Below, one piece after another: positions 14,490 through 21,953 of a stretch of 21,953 nucleotides of DNA (within the stretch, counting starts at the first letter, position 1; each line of letters begins with the position of its first letter). The stretch lies in the NCBI GenBank assembly GCA_964432405.1, contig CAYSNH010000006.1:1-21953 (forward strand), written 5' to 3'. The notes beneath the pieces are model-generated. The model saw nothing but the letters and a program-made list of their open reading frames with translations. It had not been told where the DNA came from and made no database searches. The stretch comes from an uncultured Candidatus Saccharibacteria bacterium. Its GTDB lineage: Bacteria; Patescibacteriota; Minisyncoccia; UBA6257; UBA11618. A program made the translations under genes and the position numbers.

Positions 14490-15764
14490 ATGTTAAAAAA
14501 ATTCTTCCAAGTCTTTAAGATACCTGATTTGAGAAAGAAGGTTTTGATTGTAGCTGGTTTATTGGTTGGTTTCCGTTTTATGGCCGCTATTCCGATGCCT
14601 GGTATCGACACAGCACGTTTAGCTGATCTTTTTGCCTCTAATCAGTTATTAGGGTTTTTAAACCTTTTTTCTGGCGGAGCATTAGATAGCTTGTCTATTA
14701 TGATGCTAGGAGTGGGTCCTTATATTACCGCCACCATTGTTATGCAATTATTAACAATGATCTTCCCAGCCATGAAAGCTATGTATTATGAGGAGGGGGC
14801 TCAAGGAAGGGCGAAGTTTAATCGCTATTCTCGTTTCTTAACAGTTCCTTTGGCAGCACTGCAGTCTTATGGTTTCTTAACTTTATTGAATCAACAAGGT
14901 GTATTTACCGAATTTACCTTCGCCTCAGTAATAACTAATGTGATTGTGGCGGTGGCTGGTTCTATGGTGTTGGTTTGGTTAGGAGAGCTGATTAGTGAGC
15001 AAAAGATTGGTAATGGTATTTCGTTGTTAATTTTTGCTGGTATTGTATCTGGTTTGCCTCAGATTATTAGAACCAGCTTGATTACCTATGATCCAAGTAC
15101 ATTACCAACTTATATAGCCTTTATTATATTAAGTATTATCGTTATTGCTGGAGTGACTTTTGTAACGGAAGGTGAGAGAAAAATTCCGGTTTCTTACGCT
15201 AAAAGAATTAGAGGAACTCGAATGATGGGTGGAGTTTCTAGCTATCTGCCATTACGAGTTAACCAAGCGGGGGTAATTCCTATTATTTTTGCTATCTCTA
15301 TCATGCTTTTCCCTCAGTTTTTGGCGCAGATGAGTGTGATAATTTCGCCAGAATTTGGAGCTTGGTTTAACGAGTGGGTAACCTATCTCTTCAATAATCA
15401 ATTTATCTATGGTGCTTTATACTTCTTCTTAGTGGTAGTCTTTACCTACTTCTACACTTCCGTTACTTTCGATCCCAAAGAGATTGCTGGTAACTTGCAA
15501 CGATCAGGCGGTTTCATCCCAGGTATTAGACCAGGTGATCCAACAAGAGAGTTTATCGCCAAAGTAGTTAACAGAATTACTTTATTCGGAGCTTTGTTCT
15601 TAGGCTTCATCGCTATTCTGCCAATTATTACTCAGGTAGTTACAGGTATTGCGACTTTGACTTTAGGAGGTACCGCCTTGCTGATTGTGGTATCGGTGGC
15701 TTTGGAAGCTATGAAGCAAATCGATTCTCAACTGGTAATGAGGGAGTACGAGGGTATACAATAA
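14490..15764 (+). CDS. secY: Preprotein translocase subunit SecY
   Basis: 424 aa and multi-TM. Motifs GIDTARL, MLGVGPYITATIVMQLL and GELISE..IGNGISLLIF. Position after rplO. Confidence 0.97.
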   Translation: MLKKFFQVFKIPDLRKKVLIVAGLLVGFRFMAAIPMPGIDTARLADLFASNQLLGFLNLFSGGALDSLSIMMLGVGPYITATIVMQLLTMIFPAMKAMYYEEGAQGRAKFNRYSRFLTVPLAALQSYGFLTLLNQQGVFTEFTFASVITNVIVAVAGSMVLVWLGELISEQKIGNGISLLIFAGIVSGLPQIIRTSLITYDPSTLPTYIAFIILSIIVIAGVTFVTEGERKIPVSYAKRIRGTRMMGGVSSYLPLRVNQAGVIPIIFAISIMLFPQFLAQMSVIISPEFGAWFNEWVTYLFNNQFIYGALYFFLVVVFTYFYTSVTFDPKEIAGNLQRSGGFIPGIRPGDPTREFIAKVVNRITLFGALFLGFIAILPIITQVVTGIATLTLGGTALLIVVSVALEAMKQIDSQLVMREYEGIQ

Positions 15765-15768
15765 AAGT

Positions 15769-16359
15769 ATGAAGAATTTTTCCGGCGCCACCTTTACTTT
15801 AGTAGGTCGGCCTGGTTGTGGTAAGGGGACGCAGACCAAGCTCTTAGCTAGCTATCTTCGTCGTCAGGGACATAAGAAGATTATTGCTTTTAGCGTGGGT
15901 AAGTTGTTTCGACGTTTAGAAGAAAAGCCGACTGTTTTGGGTCGGTGGACTAAAGAGTTCTTAGATAAAGGAAAGTTGGCTCCTGAATGGATGGCTTTGG
16001 CTTTATGGTTTGATGAAATTAAGGATAAGTTAGTGGATAAAAGGCAGATCGTTATTATTGATGGTTCGCCGCGTAGATTAGTGGAGGCGAAGGCTTTGGA
16101 TCACTTAATGAGAGAGTTGGGTCGGAAGCCGATGATCCCTATTCATCTTAATATCAGTGAGCAGGTGGCGAAGAATCGGGTAAAGAGTAGGGGGAGAAAA
16201 GACTACAAGGTTACTTCTGCAGCTACTCGAATGAAGTGGTTTAGGACAGAGGTGGTGCCGGTAATTAAATATTATGGCCGTCGAATGATTGAGGTTGATG
16301 GTGAAGGATCTATTGAGGAGGTTCATCAGAGAATATTAAATTCTTTAAATAAAAAATGA
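15769..16359 (+). CDS. adk: Adenylate kinase (short-lid form)
   Basis: P-loop GRPGCGKGTQ and position between secY and map. The stop TGA overlaps the map ATG (ATGA). Confidence 0.85.
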   Translation: MKNFSGATFTLVGRPGCGKGTQTKLLASYLRRQGHKKIIAFSVGKLFRRLEEKPTVLGRWTKEFLDKGKLAPEWMALALWFDEIKDKLVDKRQIVIIDGSPRRLVEAKALDHLMRELGRKPMIPIHLNISEQVAKNRVKSRGRKDYKVTSAATRMKWFRTEVVPVIKYYGRRMIEVDGEGSIEEVHQRILNSLNKK

Positions 16360-17114
16360 TTGAGTTAAAAACACCCGAAGAGATTAAAATAATGAAAGCT
16401 GGAGGAAAGATCTTGGCCAAGACTTTGAGAGAGGTAGCTAAGATAGCTCAGGAGGGAGTGACTCTTGATGAGCTTGACCGTTTAGCAGAAAAGACGATTC
16501 GTGAGGCAGGCGCAACCCCTGCCTTTTTAGGCTATCAACCTACAGGAGCTAATGAGGCTTACCCAGCTTCTATTTGCGCTTCAGTTAATGAGGTGGTGGT
16601 GCATGGCATTCCTAGTCCACGACCGTTGCGGAATGGTGATGTTGTGAAGATTGATTGTGGGGTTTTATATAAAGGTTATTACACCGACTCGGCTATTAGT
16701 ATTCCTATCGGTGAGATTAGCCCAGAGGTCAAAAAATTATTAGAGGTCACCAAGAAAGCTTTGGAGCTAGCTATTAATGAGTGTCGGGCAGGAAAGACGA
16801 TTGGTGATATTGGTTATGTTATCGCCGATCAGGCCAAGAAGCACGACCTCAAGCCATTAAAGGGTTTGACCGGTCATGGTATTGGCAAGGAGCTACACCA
16901 AGAACCAACTATTTATAATGAGGGAGAGAAAGGTACGGGTCTATCTTTGCAAGAAGGCATGGTCTTGGCTATCGAGCCGATGTTTAGTATGGGTAGTGAT
17001 GAGATTCGACAGTTGGCTGATGAGAGTTATGCTACTAAAGACGACTCTTTATCATCTCACTTTGAGCATACGATAGCTATTACCAAGCTGGGACCAGAGG
17101 TGCTGACTAAGTAA
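16356..17114 (+). CDS. map: Methionine aminopeptidase type I
   Basis: VVHGIP, VKIDCG, YYTDSA, GHGIGKELHQEP, LAIEPM and FEHTI metal-ligand motifs. Confidence 0.96.
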   Translation: MIELKTPEEIKIMKAGGKILAKTLREVAKIAQEGVTLDELDRLAEKTIREAGATPAFLGYQPTGANEAYPASICASVNEVVVHGIPSPRPLRNGDVVKIDCGVLYKGYYTDSAISIPIGEISPEVKKLLEVTKKALELAINECRAGKTIGDIGYVIADQAKKHDLKPLKGLTGHGIGKELHQEPTIYNEGEKGTGLSLQEGMVLAIEPMFSMGSDEIRQLADESYATKDDSLSSHFEHTIAITKLGPEVLTK

Positions 17115-17119
17115 TCTTC

Positions 17120-17128
17120 TGTTATAAT
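17120..17128 (+). promoter_or_regulatory. Perfect extended -10 (TGtTATAAT) 7 nt upstream of the GT2 ATG
   Basis: TG at 17120-17121, TATAAT at 17123-17128, ATG at 17136. No SD. The predicted TSS is at or 1 nt before the ATG. Confidence 0.5.
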
Positions 17129-17135
17129 TACCGCC

Positions 17136-17825
17136 ATGCCAAAAAGAGAAACACTCTCGGTTATTTTGCCGACCTACAACCAAGCTCATCAACTACCCCT
17201 AACTTTGATGGAGTTAGAGGGTTTTTTATCTAAGCAGAAATTTAATTGGGAGTTGATTGTGATCAATGATGGCTCTAGTGATAACTCTAAAGAAATAGTG
17301 AAGCGCTTTATTAAATTAGTGAAACGAATTAAGTTGGTTAGCAATGAGCGATCGCGAGGTTGGGAGGTGGCTGTAAAGCAGGGAATGCAGGTGGCTAAAG
17401 GAGAGTGGCGAGTGATCTTATCCACAGATAGTTTATCAACCATTGATGAGTTAGAAAAAATATTTCCATTGTTTAAGAAAAAAACTCAGGTAGTTTTAGG
17501 CTATCGGCAACCACAGACTTTTAGCGATTTTATTTATACGGCCTGGTGTAAGGTTTTGTTTTTAATTAAAGGGTTAAAGAGCGCTAATTGTCCGGTTCAG
17601 TGTTATCGTAGTGAGGTGGTAGAGAGGGTTTTTCCGGTGACTAAATTAAGAGGAAAGAGATTTATGTTAGAGGTATTAGCTTTATCACAAAAAATGAAAT
17701 ATCAAATTAAGGAGGTGGGAGTTACTTGCAAAAAGAAACGTGATAGAATATCTTTAATTGATTGTTATAGAGCTTTAAGCCAAACATTTAAAATTCGTAG
17801 AAGATTATGGAACAACAATATTTAA
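17136..17825 (+). CDS. Family 2 glycosyltransferase (polyprenyl-phosphate sugar synthase-like)
   Basis: SVILPTYNQ...ELIVINDGSSDNS GT-A N-terminal signature. 229 aa. Confidence 0.8.
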   Translation: MPKRETLSVILPTYNQAHQLPLTLMELEGFLSKQKFNWELIVINDGSSDNSKEIVKRFIKLVKRIKLVSNERSRGWEVAVKQGMQVAKGEWRVILSTDSLSTIDELEKIFPLFKKKTQVVLGYRQPQTFSDFIYTAWCKVLFLIKGLKSANCPVQCYRSEVVERVFPVTKLRGKRFMLEVLALSQKMKYQIKEVGVTCKKKRDRISLIDCYRALSQTFKIRRRLWNNNI

Positions 17826-18262
17826 CACAAGAGAGATTTGATAAGCTTAAGGAAGAACTTAAGCAGTTGAAAACCACTAAGAGAAAAGATGTGGCGGAAC
17901 GCTTGAAGCGAGCTAAAGAATTAGGAGATCTTTCAGAAAATGCTGAATATTCAGAGGCCCGTGAAGAACAGAGTTTGGTAGAAAAGAAAATTTTTGAGCT
18001 AGATATCATGCTCAAGCAAGCTAAGTTAATTAAAAAAGGAAGTGGTGGAGCGGTACAGGTTGGTTCTACTATTAAAGTTAAGAAAGGAGCTAAAGAGTTC
18101 CAGTTTACAATCGTTGGCTCAAATGAAGCTCGACCAGAAGAGGGCTTTATCTCCAACGCCTCCCCCTTGGGTAAGTCTTTTTTGGATAAAAGAGTTGGAG
18201 ATAAGGTAAAGGTAAAGGTTCCTGCCGGTGATCTCACCTACGAAATCCTCACTATTAAGTAA
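17807..18262 (+). CDS. greA: Transcription elongation factor GreA
   Basis: LTQERFDKLKEEL..L....R..V..R...A.ELGDLSENAEYSEAREEQ coiled-coil signature, plus the C-terminal FKBP-like domain. Overlaps the GT2 gene by 19 nt. Confidence 0.93.
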   Translation: MEQQYLTQERFDKLKEELKQLKTTKRKDVAERLKRAKELGDLSENAEYSEAREEQSLVEKKIFELDIMLKQAKLIKKGSGGAVQVGSTIKVKKGAKEFQFTIVGSNEARPEEGFISNASPLGKSFLDKRVGDKVKVKVPAGDLTYEILTIK

Positions 18263-18271
18263 TTAGGGGTG

Positions 18272-18280
18272 TGGTATAAT
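18272..18280 (+). promoter_or_regulatory. Perfect extended -10 (TGgTATAAT) 8 nt upstream of the lysS ATG
   Basis: TG at 18272-18273, TATAAT at 18275-18280, ATG at 18289. No SD. Confidence 0.5.
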
Positions 18281-18288
18281 TAAAAGCA

Positions 18289-19743
18289 ATGGCGTTAGAT
18301 AAACTCATTGAAGAGCGATTAAAAAAGCTCGAAAATTTTAAAGAAGCTGGTATCGATCCTTATCCAGCTCAGTCGAAGCGTACTCACTTGGCTAGTGAGG
18401 CTTTGGCTGATTTTTCAAAACTAAGCAAGAGCAAGAAAAAAGTTTTTATTAACGGCCGCATTGTGGGTCTGAGAGTTCAGGGAGGGTTGATGTTTATCGA
18501 TCTCCAAGATCAATCGGGCAACATTCAGCTTTTAGTAAGGAAGAATCAGTGGAAGAAGCATTTCAATCTTTTTAAAAACAATCTAGATATTGGAGACTTT
18601 CTAGAGGCTCAGGGCCCACTCTTTAAAACTAAAAAAGGCCAGAAGAGTATTGACGTTAAAAATCTAAGGTTGTTGGTAAAGAGTTTGAGACCGTTACCTG
18701 ATCAGTGGTATGGCCTGGAAGATGTGGAAATTAAATTGCGTCAGCGTTATCTAGATCTTTTAATTAATCCTGAAATTAGAGAGTTGTTTATAAAAAAGAA
18801 TAAATTCTGGAGCGCTACCCGTAACTTCCTGACAGAGAGTAGCTTTTTAGAGGTTGAGACGCCGGTTTTAGAGGCGATTCCTGGTGGAGCTGATGCAGAA
18901 CCCTTTATTACTCATCACAACGCTCTAAACACGAATTTCTTCCTACGCATCTCTTTGGAACTACCCCTTAAAAAAATACTGGTAGGTGGTTATGAGAGCG
19001 TGTTTGAGATTGGTCGGGTTTTTCGTAATGAGGGAATTAGTCCGGAGCATCTTCAAGACTACACTCAATGTGAATTCTATTGGGCCTATCACGACATTAA
19101 TGATCTGAAAAAACTTTTAGAAAAGCTATATAAGAAAATTGTTAAAGAGACCACTGGTAATCTTAAGACCAAGTGGCAGGGTAAGGAGATTAATTGGGGA
19201 GGTAAGTGGCCAGAACTTGATTATTATAAGCTCTTCAAAAAGAAAGTTGGCTTGGATATTGATAAAGCTACCTTGACCGAGTTAAGAAAGAAGGCTCGGC
19301 AGCATAAGATAAAATTAGAGAAAGGTTTGGGCAAGGGGCGCTTGGTGGACTTATTATACAAAAAACTCATTAGACCAAGTTTGATACAACCATCTTTCTT
19401 AATGAATCCACCGGCTTTGTTGGAGCCGTTGGCTAAGCGATCGATGAGTAATCCTAATCGAGTAGAGCGATTGCAGATTGTGGCTTGTGGTACGGAGTTA
19501 GGCAAGGGTTTTTCTGAAGGTAATGATCCGGTTGATCAGCGAGCTCGGTTTGAGGAGCAAATGGCTTTGAGAGAAGGAGGTGATAAGGAGGCTCAGCGAC
19601 TTGATGAGGACTTTCTTAACGCTCTGGAATACGGTATGCCACCGGCAGCAGGTTTTGGTTTTTCAGAACGGTTGTTTGCTATTTTGATGGATAGGCCGGT
19701 AAGGGAGGCGGTGATCTTTCCTTTGATGAAAGAAAAAAAATAG
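18289..19743 (+). CDS. lysS: Lysyl-tRNA synthetase, class II
   Basis: The N-terminal OB region (INGRIVGLRVQGGLMFIDLQD), motif 2 (FEIGRVFRNEG) and motif 3 region (GFGFSERL). Stop is TAG. Confidence 0.94.
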   Translation: MALDKLIEERLKKLENFKEAGIDPYPAQSKRTHLASEALADFSKLSKSKKKVFINGRIVGLRVQGGLMFIDLQDQSGNIQLLVRKNQWKKHFNLFKNNLDIGDFLEAQGPLFKTKKGQKSIDVKNLRLLVKSLRPLPDQWYGLEDVEIKLRQRYLDLLINPEIRELFIKKNKFWSATRNFLTESSFLEVETPVLEAIPGGADAEPFITHHNALNTNFFLRISLELPLKKILVGGYESVFEIGRVFRNEGISPEHLQDYTQCEFYWAYHDINDLKKLLEKLYKKIVKETTGNLKTKWQGKEINWGGKWPELDYYKLFKKKVGLDIDKATLTELRKKARQHKIKLEKGLGKGRLVDLLYKKLIRPSLIQPSFLMNPPALLEPLAKRSMSNPNRVERLQIVACGTELGKGFSEGNDPVDQRARFEEQMALREGGDKEAQRLDEDFLNALEYGMPPAAGFGFSERLFAILMDRPVREAVIFPLMKEKK

Positions 19744-19756
19744 ATATACTAGGTTT

Positions 19757-20146
19757 ATGAAAAAGGTAATGATTTTTGGTGTTTTTGATGGCTTGCACGC
19801 AGGTCACAAAGAGGTGTTAAAACAAGCCAAGGCTTTGGGTGATCATTTGATAGTGGTAATGGCTCAAGATCATATGGTAGAGCATCTTAAAGGCTTTAGA
19901 GCAGAGGTTGATTTGGCAGAGAGAATGGAACATGTCAGAAAAGAAGATGCGGTTGATGAGGTGGTGATTGGTGATAAGGAGCTTGGTACTTGGGAGGTAG
20001 TGAAGCAGCATAAGCCAGATGTGATTGCTATAGGTCACGATCAAAATATATTGCAAGAAAACTTGGAGGATAGTTTTGATAAATTAGGTTATGATCCTCA
20101 GATAGAGTTATTAAAAGAATATGAAGCTAATAAAGATCAAAATTAA
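19757..20146 (+). CDS. Cytidylyltransferase-fold nucleotidyltransferase, RibL-like (archaeal-type FMN adenylyltransferase) or TagD-like
   Basis: 129 aa. FGVFDGLHAGHKEVLKQAK (HxGH motif), LIVVMAQD...LKG and KPDVIAIGHDQ. It lacks the TagD C-terminal RTxGISTT motif as I recall it. Confidence 0.65.
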   Translation: MKKVMIFGVFDGLHAGHKEVLKQAKALGDHLIVVMAQDHMVEHLKGFRAEVDLAERMEHVRKEDAVDEVVIGDKELGTWEVVKQHKPDVIAIGHDQNILQENLEDSFDKLGYDPQIELLKEYEANKDQN

Positions 20147-21348
20147 TGATTGATATTAAATTAATTAGAGATAAGAAGGCGGCGGTTAAAAAAGCTTTAA
20201 AAAGTCGCGGAGTTGATTCTAAGATCATAGACGAGTTCTTGGAGTTAGATGATCAGTGGCGAGAGCTAACTACTAAGTTAGATCGATTTCGAAGTGAGCA
20301 AAAGCGATTAGGTCAGGAGCGAAAGATTACCAAAGCCAAAGCTTTGAAGAAGAAGATTAAAACTCATCAAGCTAAGTTGATGAAGTTGGTTGATCTACGT
20401 AAAGACTTGCTAAACAGAATTCCCAATTTACCTCTGCCCAGTGCTTTAAAGGGTAAGGGTGAGCAAGATAACAAGGTGTTGAGAGAGGTGGGTAAGAAGC
20501 CCAATTTCAAGTTTGACGCTAAGGATTACCTAACTATTGCTGAAAATCTAGATATGATTGATATGAAAAGAGGAGCTAAGGTTGCGGGTAGTCGCTTTAG
20601 TTATTTGAAAAATGACGCTGTCTTATTAGAACTATCTCTAATTAATTACGCTTTTAATCTTTTAGTTCCTAAAGGCTTTACTCCTGTTATTCCACCAGCA
20701 ATGATCAAGCCTCATGTTTTTGAGGGAATGGGTCGTTTAGCAGCTGATCAGAAAGATGAGCGTTATTATCTACCGAACGATGACTTATATCTAATCGGTA
20801 GTGGTGAGCATACGATAGGCCCTCTACATCAAGATGAGATTCTTGATGAGGATCAGCTACCTATAAGATACGTTGGTTTTTCACCTTGTTTTAGAAGAGA
20901 GGCTGGTTCGTATGGCAAGGATACTAAAGGAATTTTGAGAGTGCATCAATTTGATAAGGTGGAGATGTTTTCTTTCTGTCGACCTGAGGATTCGGAAAAA
21001 GAGCATCAATTACTCCTCTCATTACAAGAAAAAATAATGAAGGGTCTCAAGCTACCTTATCGGGTAGTGGAGATTTGTACGGGTGATATGGGTTGGACTG
21101 ATGCTAAGCAGTTTGATATTGAGACTTGGATGCCAGGTCAGGACACCTATAGAGAAACTCACTCGGCTTCTAACACGACTGATTTTCAGGCTCGAGGAGT
21201 TAATGTTCGCTTCAAAAGAAAGAAGAGTCAGGAGATAGAACATGTACATATGCTTAACGCTACCGGCCTAGCTATTGGCAGAACTATCATTGCTTTGATT
21301 GAGAATAATCAGACTAAGAAGGGGGAGGTTAAGATGCCAAAAATATAA
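20146..21348 (+). CDS. serS: Seryl-tRNA synthetase
   Basis: N-terminal coiled coil MIDIKLIRD, class II motifs FRREAGS..G..T.GI.RVHQF.KVE and GLAIGRT. The ATG overlaps the upstream TAA (TAATG). Confidence 0.95.
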   Translation: MIDIKLIRDKKAAVKKALKSRGVDSKIIDEFLELDDQWRELTTKLDRFRSEQKRLGQERKITKAKALKKKIKTHQAKLMKLVDLRKDLLNRIPNLPLPSALKGKGEQDNKVLREVGKKPNFKFDAKDYLTIAENLDMIDMKRGAKVAGSRFSYLKNDAVLLELSLINYAFNLLVPKGFTPVIPPAMIKPHVFEGMGRLAADQKDERYYLPNDDLYLIGSGEHTIGPLHQDEILDEDQLPIRYVGFSPCFRREAGSYGKDTKGILRVHQFDKVEMFSFCRPEDSEKEHQLLLSLQEKIMKGLKLPYRVVEICTGDMGWTDAKQFDIETWMPGQDTYRETHSASNTTDFQARGVNVRFKRKKSQEIEHVHMLNATGLAIGRTIIALIENNQTKKGEVKMPKI

Positions 21349-21361
21349 AAAAGGGCCGCTG

Positions 21362-21892
21362 TTAGCGACCCAAGACGAGGAGGATCTCGTCTGAGTAGTG
21401 AAGGCTGCTGATGATAACTACATTAGCAGTGCCATGAAGAGTGATAGCAGCTAGCATGCCTAGTGCTTTGTTTTTCATTTGAATAATACAGAGACCGTTG
21501 ACGAGACCGCCGAGCAAGATGATTGCCTGATAAAAGGCGGGGTAAGAGTGTTGAATGGCCCAGTAGTAACTGAGGGCGATAAGCGGTGGCCAGATTAAGG
21601 TCATACGTTTCTTGGTCCCCATTAGTAAAATGAGAATGAGAATTGGACCTCTATAGATCATCTCCTCTGCATAGGCTGCTAGAGAGTATTCGGCTAGAGT
21701 TTGATGAAAGCCATCTTCTTCTAGTCTTCTGTCTATTTTATCCTTAATCGGTCCCATGTCGCCAATCTCTTCCCAGTAGCCGTAAAGCGATCCGGAAGAG
21801 AAAGCTTTTTTTAGAGAATCTCTTGATTGCATTATTAAAAAAAAGATTATTATCAGCAGACTAATGCCGATAATTTGCAAAATCTTCTTCAT
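21362..21892 (-). CDS. CPBP (CAAX/Abi) family intramembrane protease
   Basis: Multi-TM protein with EEMIYRG (EExxxR), WAIQH (xxxH) and HGTAN (HxxxN) motifs in the canonical order. Confidence 0.75.
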   Translation of the reverse strand: MKKILQIIGISLLIIIFFLIMQSRDSLKKAFSSGSLYGYWEEIGDMGPIKDKIDRRLEEDGFHQTLAEYSLAAYAEEMIYRGPILILILLMGTKKRMTLIWPPLIALSYYWAIQHSYPAFYQAIILLGGLVNGLCIIQMKNKALGMLAAITLHGTANVVIISSLHYSDEILLVLGR

Positions 21893-21953
21893 GAAGTATC
21901 CCTTCTATGTTAAAGTACCATCCTTAGTATCAATGATATTTTTATGCTAACTT

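Noticed and set aside
16357-16359. Possible UGA recoding (genetic code 25, as in some CPR lineages)
   Set aside because: TGA ends adk and the Cys-rich mini-ORF at sensible positions. No conserved gene in the window contains an in-frame TGA.
21349-21375. Terminator hairpin between convergent serS and the CPBP gene (gggccgc..gcgaccc)
   Set aside because: The stem has a central mismatch, overlaps the CPBP coding end and lacks a clear U-tract. It is too weak to report.

Overview
Most of this window is an ordinary plus-strand translation-apparatus cluster. It runs from the 3' part of fusA through tuf and the S10/spc series (rpsJ-rplC-rplD-rplW-rplB-rpsS-rplV-rpsC-rplP-rpmC-rpsQ-rplN-rplX-rplE-rpsN-rpsH-rplF-rplR-rpsE-rplO) to secY-adk-map. 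A GT2 glycosyltransferase, greA, lysS, a RibL/TagD-fold nucleotidyltransferase, serS and a convergent CPBP-type membrane protease follow. The backbone is AT-rich (about 32-38% GC in hand-counted 60-nt lines). Core genes have almost no Shine-Dalgarno sequences, L30 is absent between S5 and L15, and several proteins are compact. This fits a small-genome lineage such as Patescibacteria/CPR, but that is inference only. I see no recognisable defence, CRISPR, secretion or transposase/integrase system. The cluster is nevertheless interrupted at three places (fusA|tuf, rplN|rplX, rpsH|rplF) by minus-strand units, each with its own TTGACA promoter, a Shine-Dalgarno site and a strong hairpin terminator. 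Two of these units carry clearly GC-rich (about 48-60%), GC3-rich ORFs. They share promoter and leader layout, a hairpin over the stop codon and an identical 11-mer (GGTTAATGGGT) in their 3' regions. The third is a 54-aa two-TM ORF below the ORF-track cutoff. Other points worth a second look are an in-frame TAG inside fusA, a mini-ORF plus terminator hairpin between rpsJ and rplC, extended -10 promoters placed 6-8 nt from several ATGs (leaderless-type), an L3 about 68 aa shorter than E. coli L3, and a roughly 70-aa Lys/Glu-rich tail on L22. All family assignments rest on motif recognition by eye, since no database search was possible.
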